NCBI GenBank assembly: GCA_024695475.1
Contig: JAILIC010000146.1
Span: forward strand, 11,613 to 75,612
Length of the DNA: 64,000 nt
Origin: Treponema sp.
GTDB taxonomy: Bacteria; Spirochaetota; Spirochaetia; Treponematales; Treponemataceae
Direction of reading: 5' to 3'
The notes under the pieces are model-generated. The model ran no database searches, was not told the DNA's origin, and was given only the letters and a program-made list of their open reading frames with translations. This document shows positions 39,861 to 49,298 of this stretch, piece by piece; the first letter of the stretch is position 1; every line of letters begins with the position of its first letter. The translations under genes and the position numbers were made by a program.

Positions 39861-42782
39861 TTATGGCACATGAATAATCTCACGAGGTTTACTACCATTT
39901 GCAGGCCCTACAATTCCTCGCTCTTCCATTTCTTCTACCAGTCGTGCCGCCCGATTATATCCAATTTTTAATCTTCGTTGAATATATGATGCACTTGCCT
40001 TACCTGCCTGTATAACAATATCAAGTGCTTTATCATATAACGGATCTTCACCTTCACTGCCAAACAGATCTAATTGATCCTCTTCATCTTCCGCAGACAC
40101 AAAAATCTCATCATCAATATATTCTGGTTCCCCTGTAGTTTTGACATAATCAACAACACTTTCTACATCATTATCACTAATAAATGTTCCTTGAATACGT
40201 ATTGGGAAAGGATCTGTTGCACTTGCATACAACATATCACCTCGACCCAATAGTTTTTCAGCTCCAACCTGATCAATAATAATGCGGCTATCTGTTTTAG
40301 AGGCAACCATAAATGCAATACGGCTTGGAATATTTGCCTTTATCAAGCCAGTAATAACATCAATTGATGGACGCTGTGTTGCCAAGACAATATGAATACC
40401 TACAGCGCGGCTCATAGCAGCAAGACGAGCTATCGTTGATTCCATTTCTTTACCTGTTGTTGCCATTAAATCTGCAAACTCATCAATAATAACTACCATA
40501 TATGGTAGTTTTTCTGCAGCCATATGACGCTCAACAATGCGCTTGTTATAGCTAGAAATATCTCTTACTCCCATACCATCCAGCATGGCATATCGACGTT
40601 CCATTTCACTGAGACAATATTGCATTGCTTGAAATGCTTTTTTAGGCTCAGTAATAACTGGAGTAAGCAAATGAGGAATATCATTATATAGTTTTAACTC
40701 AACAATCTTCGGATCAATAAGAATAAGTTTCACTTCCTGTGGAGACCGCTTATACAATATAGAAAGAATCATGCTGTTTACACACACTGATTTACCTGCA
40801 CCCGTCGCTCCTGCAATCAGCAAATGCGGAGTTTTTACCAAGTCGATGATCTGTGGCTCACCTTGAATATCTTTACCCAAAATGACTGGAACTGCCATCT
40901 TCTTAAATGCTGGTAAGTCTTGACTGATAATCTCTCTGAAGCTAACTATTGCTCTGTCTCTATTAGGAACTTCTATACCAACCGCTCTTTTGCCCGGAAT
41001 TGGAGCTACAATACGAACACTACTTGCTGCAAGTCGTAATGCTATATTATCTTGTAAAGCAACAATCTTACTTAACTTTACTCCTGGAGCTGGTAACAAC
41101 TCAAACATAGTGATAACTGGACCTTTACGTATACCAACAACATCAGCTTCAATTTTAAACTCACGTAATGTATCTTTTAGCTGTACAGAGTTTGCTTTTG
41201 TCTCATCATCAATAATCCAATACGGAGTATCTTCATACATGGTGAGTAGTCCTTCTACCGGTACAGAATATGGCTGTCCCCTACGAGGACGTGCCAAAGT
41301 CTCCACAGGTGCTTGTTTTTCTACTACTTTTACAGCCTCTTTTGGAATATTTTCCTCTTCTTCAGGAGTTTCATCACTTTGTTCATTATCCTCTACAATA
41401 TCCATATCGATATTGTCTTGCTCTTCATCTTCTTCTATGACGGTATCATCAACTTGGGGAACAGACTGCGCAAGAGGTTCTGGTTCATCTAAATCAATGC
41501 CACCAAAAATATCTTCTTCATCTTCCGAAGTATCTTCATACTGAATATCTGTCACACTATCCGGCACTGTTTCTTCTGTATTTTCTATTATACTTTCTGC
41601 AGCTATAGGCTCTTGTTCAGAAATCTCTTCTGTAATGGTATTTGGAGATGCTTTTAGCGAATCATACATAGGTCGCACAATTGATTGAGGATGTTCTTCT
41701 GCGTATTCCATAGCATCCTTGTCCATATCTTCAAATATATCCGCTACTTTTGTATCCTCTTTTTTTTCTACGGGATACACGATTTCAGTTTGTTGTACAG
41801 GAAGATCTTCTTTTACTTCAGAAATAGCTACAAGTTGAGTTGTATCATCTGATAGTTCACTTTCCGAGTCATCATCATCTTCTTCATCACTGTTAAGATC
41901 AATATCGAAAAAATCAGGATCCAATGTTCCATCTGGAGCCTCACTCAGACTTATAGCTGCACCATCAGCTTCATTTGGACTATCCTTTGCTGCTACTTCT
42001 TCATCAACTGCTGGTATAGCATCTTCTACTTCTGGTTGTTTTTCCTCAGAAATTTGTTCAACTGGCATCTGTGTTACAGTCTGCTCAGGTAGAACTTTCT
42101 GCGTTTCTTCTTCCTTTACTTCCTGTACGATAGTCGCGTTATCAATTGCTTTTTTTGCAATCGCATCTAAAGCAGTGTCAAAGATTGTGTATGTTTTAAC
42201 AGATGGTTGATCTAACGTATTTGTAGATTCTTCTTTTTCTTGCTTCTTTTCTGGTTCCGTTTCTGCTAATATAGATTTTACCTTTTCTCGTGTCGTCATT
42301 GGAACAGAGGCCTGTTCTTTTTTTACACGCCGCATTTGCATTTTTTTAGCAAGAGCTTCCCCAATTATACTAAATGCCAAAAACTCAATACCAATAACAA
42401 GAACGCTCATAAAAAGCATGAAACATGCTTTTATAACATCCAATGCACCATTTCCGCTTGAAAGTATCGCTTTGCAGATTCTCTCTGTCATTACAGCTGT
42501 AAAAAAGGGAAAAACTGTAAATAATAATACAAAGCCAGACTTTATTGACCAAGATGAAGAAAAACAGCAACAGGCTGCTACTAATAAGTAAACAGGAATA
42601 AATATGCTACTGATTCCATATACTGATTTTAAAATAGTACCTAACCAATACAACTTATCTGTAAAGGCAAAAGAATTGATTCCTATAGTTAAAACGCTCA
42701 CTAACAAGGAGACAGCAAAATATGCGGCCAGTAATAGCAATAAAATACCGCATACCGTACTCATAATTGTTGATTTTTTCAT
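39861..42782 (-). CDS. ftsK: DNA translocase FtsK
   Basis: N-terminal TM helices. An Asp/Glu-rich linker of about 330 aa. Walker A GATGAGKS, Walker B VVIIDEFADL. Gamma wHTH YIQRRLKIGYNRAARLVEEME. Confidence 0.95.
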   Translation of the reverse strand: MKKSTIMSTVCGILLLLLAAYFAVSLLVSVLTIGINSFAFTDKLYWLGTILKSVYGISSIFIPVYLLVAACCCFSSSWSIKSGFVLLFTVFPFFTAVMTERICKAILSSGNGALDVIKACFMLFMSVLVIGIEFLAFSIIGEALAKKMQMRRVKKEQASVPMTTREKVKSILAETEPEKKQEKEESTNTLDQPSVKTYTIFDTALDAIAKKAIDNATIVQEVKEEETQKVLPEQTVTQMPVEQISEEKQPEVEDAIPAVDEEVAAKDSPNEADGAAISLSEAPDGTLDPDFFDIDLNSDEEDDDDSESELSDDTTQLVAISEVKEDLPVQQTEIVYPVEKKEDTKVADIFEDMDKDAMEYAEEHPQSIVRPMYDSLKASPNTITEEISEQEPIAAESIIENTEETVPDSVTDIQYEDTSEDEEDIFGGIDLDEPEPLAQSVPQVDDTVIEEDEEQDNIDMDIVEDNEQSDETPEEEENIPKEAVKVVEKQAPVETLARPRRGQPYSVPVEGLLTMYEDTPYWIIDDETKANSVQLKDTLREFKIEADVVGIRKGPVITMFELLPAPGVKLSKIVALQDNIALRLAASSVRIVAPIPGKRAVGIEVPNRDRAIVSFREIISQDLPAFKKMAVPVILGKDIQGEPQIIDLVKTPHLLIAGATGAGKSVCVNSMILSILYKRSPQEVKLILIDPKIVELKLYNDIPHLLTPVITEPKKAFQAMQYCLSEMERRYAMLDGMGVRDISSYNKRIVERHMAAEKLPYMVVIIDEFADLMATTGKEMESTIARLAAMSRAVGIHIVLATQRPSIDVITGLIKANIPSRIAFMVASKTDSRIIIDQVGAEKLLGRGDMLYASATDPFPIRIQGTFISDNDVESVVDYVKTTGEPEYIDDEIFVSAEDEEDQLDLFGSEGEDPLYDKALDIVIQAGKASASYIQRRLKIGYNRAARLVEEMEERGIVGPANGSKPREIIHVP

Positions 42783-42873
42783 AGTACTCCCACATCACTA
42801 ATATCGGTATAAAAAATGACAGTGTTAACAAGGAAATCTGGTATTATGGAAATTTATCTGATATACTATCAAT

Positions 42874-43959
42874 ATGAAAGATTGTGCCGTCAAAAAAATT
42901 GGAATTTTAACATCTGGAGGCGATGCTCCTGGTCTCAATGCAGCAATTCGTGGCGTTTGTCGCACTGCAATGACAACTTATGGTATCAGGATTTTAGGTA
43001 TTCACAATGGATATCGAGGTTTAATAAACGGAGATGCCGAAGAGTTACATCCTGATGATTTATCAGGGATTTTAACAAGAGGCGGAACAATTTTAGGAAC
43101 ATCCCGAGATAAACCTTTTAAAAATCCCAAACCTAATGAACAAACAGGTTTACTCCCTATCGAAGCAATTAAAGCAAATTACAAAAAATGGGACTTGGAT
43201 GCGCTTATCGTATTAGGGGGTAACGGCACTAATACAACTGCCAGCCATCTTGCAGAAGAAGGTTTAAACATCATTGGTCTTCCAAAAACAATTGATAATG
43301 ATATTGTTCATACTGATATGACTTTTGGTTTTCATACTGCTCTCGATGTTGCAACTGAGGCTATTGATAGAATTCATACTACTGCGCACAGTCATAGCCG
43401 CTGTATGATTATTGAGGTTATGGGACATAAAGCTGGCTGGTTAGCAGCATATTCTGGAATTGCTGGCGGTGGCGATGTCATACTTCTGCCTGAAATTCCT
43501 TATGATATCGATTCTGTTGCAGAGCGTGTAACTCAAAGATGCGACGCTGGTAAGCAATTTTCTATTATTGTTGTTGCTGAAGGTGCAAAGTCTCGAGAAG
43601 AGGCTCTTTTAGACAAAAAAGAACTAAAAAAACGTCGCGCCGCAATGCCATATTCAATTGCTTATCGCGTTGCCCATGAACTCGAATCTACCACTAAACT
43701 AGAATCTCGAGTTACCGTCTTAGGTTATTTGCAAAGAGGTGGTATTCCGTCACCATACGATCGTATTCTTGCAACACAATATGGTGTTGCAGCTACCGAT
43801 TTTCTCGTTCGTGGGGATTTTGGTAAATTAGTTGCGATGCAACAAGGTAAAATTGTATCTGTACCACTAGCGGATATTGCAGGAAAAGTTAAAAATATAC
43901 CATTAGATCATCAGCTCATTACTGGTGCTCGTGCCCTAGGTACGGGCTTTGGCGACTAA
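42874..43959 (+). CDS. pfk: 6-phosphofructokinase (phosphoryl-donor specificity unclear)
   Basis: GILTSGGDAPGLNAAIRGV, VLGGNGTNT, GLPKTIDNDI, MGHKAGWLA, LGYLQRGG. Confidence 0.9.
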   Translation: MKDCAVKKIGILTSGGDAPGLNAAIRGVCRTAMTTYGIRILGIHNGYRGLINGDAEELHPDDLSGILTRGGTILGTSRDKPFKNPKPNEQTGLLPIEAIKANYKKWDLDALIVLGGNGTNTTASHLAEEGLNIIGLPKTIDNDIVHTDMTFGFHTALDVATEAIDRIHTTAHSHSRCMIIEVMGHKAGWLAAYSGIAGGGDVILLPEIPYDIDSVAERVTQRCDAGKQFSIIVVAEGAKSREEALLDKKELKKRRAAMPYSIAYRVAHELESTTKLESRVTVLGYLQRGGIPSPYDRILATQYGVAATDFLVRGDFGKLVAMQQGKIVSVPLADIAGKVKNIPLDHQLITGARALGTGFGD

Positions 43960-43977
43960 CTAAAAGAAGGAATTATT

Positions 43978-44868
43978 ATGCCAGAGTTTAAGTGTAATTC
44001 TTGTACTGTTTGCGATGGCAAAGCTTGTCCTGATTTACTACCAGGAATGGGTGGTAAAAACAAGAATACCAATTTTATTCTTAATTGTTCCGCATGGGAA
44101 AAAATTAGACAAGAAGCAGGAGATTCTCTTGTTTTACAACCATTACCTCAAGATCGTAAAGTATTACGAACTGCACCTGTCACAGGAGCAGTTGAAAATT
44201 TTGACTTTCCTTCCGAAGAAAGCTTCAAAACTAATTATATTTTTTCTGCATATAAGGCAGGTCTTGCTCTGTGTAGTGGCGATGGACATCCAGATATAAA
44301 ATTACGATCAGCAGCTACAGCCATTAAACTATTACGCAAAACCGATCCTACTGTTGCATCAGCATTTTTTATCAAACCATATTCTAATTCTAACATATTT
44401 CAACGTATAGATTGGATTAAAGAAACTGCACAAAGTGTCGGAATTGAAATTGATTGGCCTAATAAACATATTGAATTAGAAATAAAAACTCCTGAGCAAC
44501 TTCTCGAAATCAAAGAATATGTTAATACAAAATTACATATGCCTTTTTCTCTACGTGGAATATTTAAGGATGAAGATATAGATTTGGTTGCGCAAGTAAA
44601 ACCTGATATTGTCGTTATTTCAAATCAGGGTGGACGTATCGACACCAATACAGGTAGCACTGCAGAATACTTGTATCACCATGCAGTAGATCTTAAAAAG
44701 TACTGTGAAGAGATTTGGATTGATGGGGGTATTAGGTCTTCCCTAGATATAAAAACAGCCTTGGCACTCGGAGCTTCTCAAGTCCTTGCGGCAAGGCCAT
44801 TCTTAGTTGCTCTGCTTACAGGTGGAACTCAACAATTATGTTCCACTGTAAAACAAATGTTATCTTAG
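43978..44868 (+). CDS. FMN-dependent alpha-hydroxy-acid-oxidase-like TIM-barrel protein with N-terminal Cys cluster
   Basis: VISNQGGRIDTN and IWIDGGIRSSLDIKTALALGASQV resemble the FMN_dh motifs SNHGGRQLD / DGGIRRGxDxxKALALGA. The N-terminus has CNSCTVCDGKACP. Confidence 0.6.
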   Translation: MPEFKCNSCTVCDGKACPDLLPGMGGKNKNTNFILNCSAWEKIRQEAGDSLVLQPLPQDRKVLRTAPVTGAVENFDFPSEESFKTNYIFSAYKAGLALCSGDGHPDIKLRSAATAIKLLRKTDPTVASAFFIKPYSNSNIFQRIDWIKETAQSVGIEIDWPNKHIELEIKTPEQLLEIKEYVNTKLHMPFSLRGIFKDEDIDLVAQVKPDIVVISNQGGRIDTNTGSTAEYLYHHAVDLKKYCEEIWIDGGIRSSLDIKTALALGASQVLAARPFLVALLTGGTQQLCSTVKQMLS

Positions 44869-46424
44869 AACTTAGCTTTTCGTAAACGAACTTGTTCAAT
44901 ATCCTCACTAAAGAGTTCTCGCAAGTCGTTAAGACCAAGAGCCATCAAAGCCATACGGTCGATACCGATACCCCAAGCGAGTACAGGACAATCAATACCC
45001 ATAGCCTTTGTTACTTCCGGTCTGAAAATACCAGAACCACCTAACTCAAACCATCCCAATACGGGGTGCTTAATATGAACTTCAATAGAAGGCTCGGTAA
45101 ATGGGAAGTAACCAGGTACATATTTTACTTCGGTAGCACCAGCAATTTCTACTGCAAACATTTTTAGGAAGCCTAACAATGTGCGCAAGTTAACATCATC
45201 ACCCAGAACAATACCTTCTGTCTGGTAGAAATCACTTAAGTGTGTAGCATCAACTTTGTCATAACGGAAACAACGTGCTATACCAAAATATTTGCCTGGA
45301 ATTTCAGCTTTATGCAACTGATGTGCTGAAAGAACGGTTCCTTGGCTTCGAAGAATCAAACGTCGGGTAAATTCCTGATCAAAGTGATAATTCCAACCAC
45401 GGCTTCCGCTATTACCACCATTCTCATGAACTTTTGTTACGTTTGTCAAATAGGGCTCTTCAATAAATTTTGCGTGAGTCGGATTCTTCAAACGATAGAC
45501 ATCATGTATATCACGAGCAGCATGGAACTGAGGCATAAACAATGCATCACCATTCCAGAATTCTGTTTCAACGAGAGGTCCATCAAATTCCTGAAATCCA
45601 AGAGAAGTCAACTTATCTTTTACAGATTCAAGGAACTGTACATATGGATTTGGTCTTCCCGGTATAACACGTGCTGGTGGAATCGAAATATTATATCCTC
45701 TAAAAGTTCCGTTCCGCCAATCACCACTTACAAGCATTTTTGGCGTTACTTCACCTATTTCATTCCCCGTGATACCTGCTTCTTTCAACATCTTTTTTAC
45801 ATTTTCAAATTCTGAAGCAAGTTTGTATTTTACTGTTTCGCGAACAAGCACTTTAAATGGACTGTCTGCTGCACCACGTTTTTTTGCCAACGTTTGCATA
45901 ACTGCCTTTTCAGCATCATTCAGATCAGCCATATCGAGTTTGCCATCTTCATTTTTTACAGCTTTCTGCAACAAATTTACTGTAAGTGCTACTCGACCAG
46001 GTAATTCCTTACCAGTATAACTAGCTTTTTTGTCAGCAGTCATCGAAAGAACACCTTCCTTCGATAACTGTCCAAAAGCACTACCAATATCTTTATTTTC
46101 GATACCTAATGCAGAAGCTAATTCTGGTAATGTTTTTTCACCCTTTTCCTTGAGAAAAGCAACGATACGTTCTTCAACAGTACCATTTTGTGCCATCGCA
46201 CGACCAACCTCTGTAATTTCAAAGAAAGTATGAGGTATGCGATCTGTAACTTCAACAAGATGTTTTCCACTCAACCAAGAAAAAGCCTGATTTGCATGAC
46301 CTTCTTTATACTGAAGATCATGCTCTAGCTTTTCTACCGTAAGCTCATCTTTACTTGAATAATGTAATAACACCTTTATTTCAAGAGGGTGAAGATTTTT
46401 AATTATTGTTGAGAGATTATCCAT
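44865..46424 (-). CDS. pheS: phenylalanyl-tRNA synthetase alpha subunit, long archaeal/eukaryal type
   Basis: 519 aa with an N-terminal wHTH-like region. Class II motif 2 FGIARCFRYDKVDATHLSDFYQTEG, motif 3 GIGIDRMALMALG. No pheT downstream. Confidence 0.92.
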   Translation of the reverse strand: MDNLSTIIKNLHPLEIKVLLHYSSKDELTVEKLEHDLQYKEGHANQAFSWLSGKHLVEVTDRIPHTFFEITEVGRAMAQNGTVEERIVAFLKEKGEKTLPELASALGIENKDIGSAFGQLSKEGVLSMTADKKASYTGKELPGRVALTVNLLQKAVKNEDGKLDMADLNDAEKAVMQTLAKKRGAADSPFKVLVRETVKYKLASEFENVKKMLKEAGITGNEIGEVTPKMLVSGDWRNGTFRGYNISIPPARVIPGRPNPYVQFLESVKDKLTSLGFQEFDGPLVETEFWNGDALFMPQFHAARDIHDVYRLKNPTHAKFIEEPYLTNVTKVHENGGNSGSRGWNYHFDQEFTRRLILRSQGTVLSAHQLHKAEIPGKYFGIARCFRYDKVDATHLSDFYQTEGIVLGDDVNLRTLLGFLKMFAVEIAGATEVKYVPGYFPFTEPSIEVHIKHPVLGWFELGGSGIFRPEVTKAMGIDCPVLAWGIGIDRMALMALGLNDLRELFSEDIEQVRLRKAKF

Positions 46425-46444
46425 TTTTTAATATAAAACTCCGA

Positions 46445-46831
46445 TTACCGGTTAAATTTGACATAAGTCATGTATGTTACCCATTTGAGTTTTTTATTGT
46501 CGGTAAAATATCGAGTTCTATCTTTTGCCATATGGGTATAGCCATAATACTGATTTTCTGCCTGGAAGTCTTTTAGACATGCCAAAATAGAATTCATTGC
46601 ATCACCCTGATCAAAAGACACTTCCATACATGTATAATAAATACGAACTTCATCAAGCGCAGGAGTATACTCAATTTTAACATTTGCAGTCTTAACATTC
46701 GTATGAATATCTTTTGGTGTAATTGTACGAACAGATGCATCTACAGGTGCATTTTCATCTGGAATATCCTGAGCAAAAAGTCCACTAACTGCCAAAAGAG
46801 CAACAGCAAACAATAAAGCAAATTTCTTCAT
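46445..46831 (-). CDS. small secreted protein, unknown function
   Basis: Preferred start is ATG 46831 after GGAGG (MKKFALLFAVALLAVSGLFAQ). No motif recognised. Confidence 0.55.
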   Translation of the reverse strand: MKKFALLFAVALLAVSGLFAQDIPDENAPVDASVRTITPKDIHTNVKTANVKIEYTPALDEVRIYYTCMEVSFDQGDAMNSILACLKDFQAENQYYGYTHMAKDRTRYFTDNKKLKWVTYMTYVKFNR

Positions 46832-46877
46832 AAATCCTCCCATATACATGGTAAATCTTCTGCAGTATTGCGATTTA

Positions 46878-47576
46878 TTAATACTGCTTATACTTAATTA
46901 TTGTACTTGTTTCTATAAAAAAATCAAGTTCGACAACATAATGTCCTGAATCAACAACCAGTCGTGGAATTTTACGCAACAGCACACTACCCCGTAATTC
47001 CTTTGGTTTATTTTTTTCTATTGATCTAAAATAATTTCGGACAGCATCTTTTACAGCCTGTTGGCAGGCCTGCGTAATACCATCAAATCCATCATACACA
47101 CTCCCCTCTCCCATTCCGCGTATATTAGGATGAACTATTGACTCCCAAGAATGTAACGAAGAAAGCATATACGGTGTACGCTTAAACTCCACCCAGCAAT
47201 ACATTCTGTTATCTTGCAACCAGGGAGTTTTATAGACGATTCGTTTGTAATCATCACCCAAAGGATGTTTTTCTTTTACTTCAAAAAACTCCTCAACTGC
47301 CCTCATTTTATCTGATGGTACATAATCAAAATCCCAGCCATACACCATACCGGTAATAAGGTAAGGAGCAAGCTGCTTTAAACGTCGTACAGGATACGAA
47401 AATACGGTATCATTTGGATGCTTTTGCTTTTCTTCTGCCATAACTTCTGGATACGCATCTAAATCTGCCCATAATAGAATCTGAATCGATTCCGCTTGCG
47501 TTACTTCCTGAGAAACAGCATGTATCGCTATAATAAAAAAGAGAATGGCAATAATTAACGGTATGCGTCTTTCCAT
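46878..47576 (-). CDS. exported/membrane-anchored protein, unknown function
   Basis: Preferred start is ATG 47576 (MERRIPLIIAILFFIIAIHAVSQE), overlapping the rhomboid gene 3' end by 22 nt. No motif recognised. Confidence 0.5.
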   Translation of the reverse strand: MERRIPLIIAILFFIIAIHAVSQEVTQAESIQILLWADLDAYPEVMAEEKQKHPNDTVFSYPVRRLKQLAPYLITGMVYGWDFDYVPSDKMRAVEEFFEVKEKHPLGDDYKRIVYKTPWLQDNRMYCWVEFKRTPYMLSSLHSWESIVHPNIRGMGEGSVYDGFDGITQACQQAVKDAVRNYFRSIEKNKPKELRGSVLLRKIPRLVVDSGHYVVELDFFIETSTIIKYKQY

Positions 47577-48196
47577 ACTTGCAAAGGATGTATTCCCATA
47601 CGAATAATAAAGTAAAGCCAGGCAACAAGCAAACCTGCCAGATGAGTACAATGAGCTATACCGCCACCTATAGAAAAAATCTGACTACCAAGCTCTATAC
47701 ATGCATAAATAACTACCAATAAAGGAGCCGGTATCGGTACCAATCCCCACACATATATTGTAGAACGAGGGAAAATCACTGCATATGCAAGTAGTAGCCC
47801 ATAAACAGTACCGCTAGCCCCCATTAAAAATACATAGTAATAACCTGTAATAATGTATATTATGAGAGAAATAACCCCTGACATAATTCCAAAGAGGAAA
47901 TACATCAGTGTAAATTCTTTTGATCCTACTGCACGTTCAATTGGTATACCAAAAACCAAAATCGCAAGCATATTAAAAAAAATATGCTGGTAATTACCAT
48001 GAACAAACATATATGTCAGTATCTGCCAATACATTCTTCCTTGTAAAAAGTATAAAGGATTTAATGAAAGTACGACTTTAAGATGTGACATAAAAGACAA
48101 GGCAACAAACACCAAAGAATTTATTGCAATGAGAAGTAGAGAAACATTTGAAAATGTATGTCGAAATGGCTTACGTAAAAAATGAAAATGTGTCAT
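47555..48196 (-). CDS. rhomboid-family intramembrane serine protease
   Basis: HGNYQHIFFNM (HxxxN), catalytic GASGTVYGLL, catalytic His in AHCTHLAGLL. Six TM helices. Confidence 0.88.
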   Translation of the reverse strand: MTHFHFLRKPFRHTFSNVSLLLIAINSLVFVALSFMSHLKVVLSLNPLYFLQGRMYWQILTYMFVHGNYQHIFFNMLAILVFGIPIERAVGSKEFTLMYFLFGIMSGVISLIIYIITGYYYVFLMGASGTVYGLLLAYAVIFPRSTIYVWGLVPIPAPLLVVIYACIELGSQIFSIGGGIAHCTHLAGLLVAWLYFIIRMGIHPLQVWKDAYR

Positions 48197-48204
48197 ATCC
48201 GTTT

Positions 48205-49287
48205 CTATTCAGTATATTCTATACAGTTACGCCCTTTTGTTTTTGATCTATACAAGGCTGCATCTGCATAATCAACAAGCTGCTTACCTGTCAATACACC
48301 TGTTTTTTCTACATCAAAAACAGATACACCTCCAGAGATAGTTACACTTATATGTTGGTTTTTATAGAAAAAATCGTATTCTTCTATGCGTTTTCTGATT
48401 CGCTCAGCTACTAATACAGCTTCTGATAAATCAGTGTTATATAGCATAACCGTTATTTCTTCACCACCATAGCGGCATGCCAAATCTTTACTGCGAATAT
48501 TTGCTAAAATAATTTCTGCAACAGTTGTTAATACAAAATCACCGCAAGAGTGACCATATCTATCATTAACGCTTTTAAAATAGTCAATATCATACATAAT
48601 GACGGACAGCTTCATATTTTGTGCTACAGCAAGGTTAAGTTCGTCATTTAAGCGGCTGAAAAAAAAGTATTTGCTTCGTAAATGTGTCATCATATCTGTT
48701 GAAGCACGATCAACCAAAGCAACATTATTTAGTGAAACCGCACAAAATGTAGCTAGAGTTTTTAAGTATTTCTTTTCTTTTGCAGAATAACAGGAGGGTA
48801 TATCTATTCCTCCTATCCTATCTCCTAAAAGTAAAATACCATTCAAATTATTTTTTAATAGAAATGGTACAATAAGTGTCGGTTTCAAGGACTCCAAGAC
48901 AGTGACATCAGGACAATCAGGTAAACACTTTCGTAATTCCTCAATTGTCATTACTGTCTTATTTTGCAAGAGCAGTTGTACAATGGGGCTATTCTCCGGA
49001 ATAACATAATCAATATCATGATCCAATTCCATTCCAGAATAATTCATACCTAGCTTATACACATCTGCATCAAGCGTATCCAAAACAAAAAGCGCAACTC
49101 CCAGAATTTTTGCCTGATACATAAAAGTATACAACATCGATTCCATCAAAACAGAATAGTCTAATGTCGAACACAAAGAACATGAAATAGTCATTAATGA
49201 ATTTAAATCATCTATTTCATCTTTATATTTTCTGAGGAGATCTTCAGTTTCTTCTGTTTCCACAACAGAATCATACATAAAAGTCAT
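48205..49287 (-). CDS. GAF-like sensor plus GGDEF diguanylate cyclase (GGEEI variant, RxxD I-site present)
   Basis: MYDIDYFKSVNDRYGHSCGD, RSKD (48484-48495), five residues, then GGEEI (48454-48468), and AALYRSKTKGRN. Confidence 0.85.
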   Translation of the reverse strand: MTFMYDSVVETEETEDLLRKYKDEIDDLNSLMTISCSLCSTLDYSVLMESMLYTFMYQAKILGVALFVLDTLDADVYKLGMNYSGMELDHDIDYVIPENSPIVQLLLQNKTVMTIEELRKCLPDCPDVTVLESLKPTLIVPFLLKNNLNGILLLGDRIGGIDIPSCYSAKEKKYLKTLATFCAVSLNNVALVDRASTDMMTHLRSKYFFFSRLNDELNLAVAQNMKLSVIMYDIDYFKSVNDRYGHSCGDFVLTTVAEIILANIRSKDLACRYGGEEITVMLYNTDLSEAVLVAERIRKRIEEYDFFYKNQHISVTISGGVSVFDVEKTGVLTGKQLVDYADAALYRSKTKGRNCIEYTE

Positions 49288-49298
49288 TTTATTAGAGT

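Noticed and set aside
40990-41544. 184-aa Ser-rich plus-strand ORF
   Set aside because: It is the antisense reading of the Asp/Glu-rich FtsK linker (GAA/GAT complemented to TTC/ATC/TCx), a compositional artefact.
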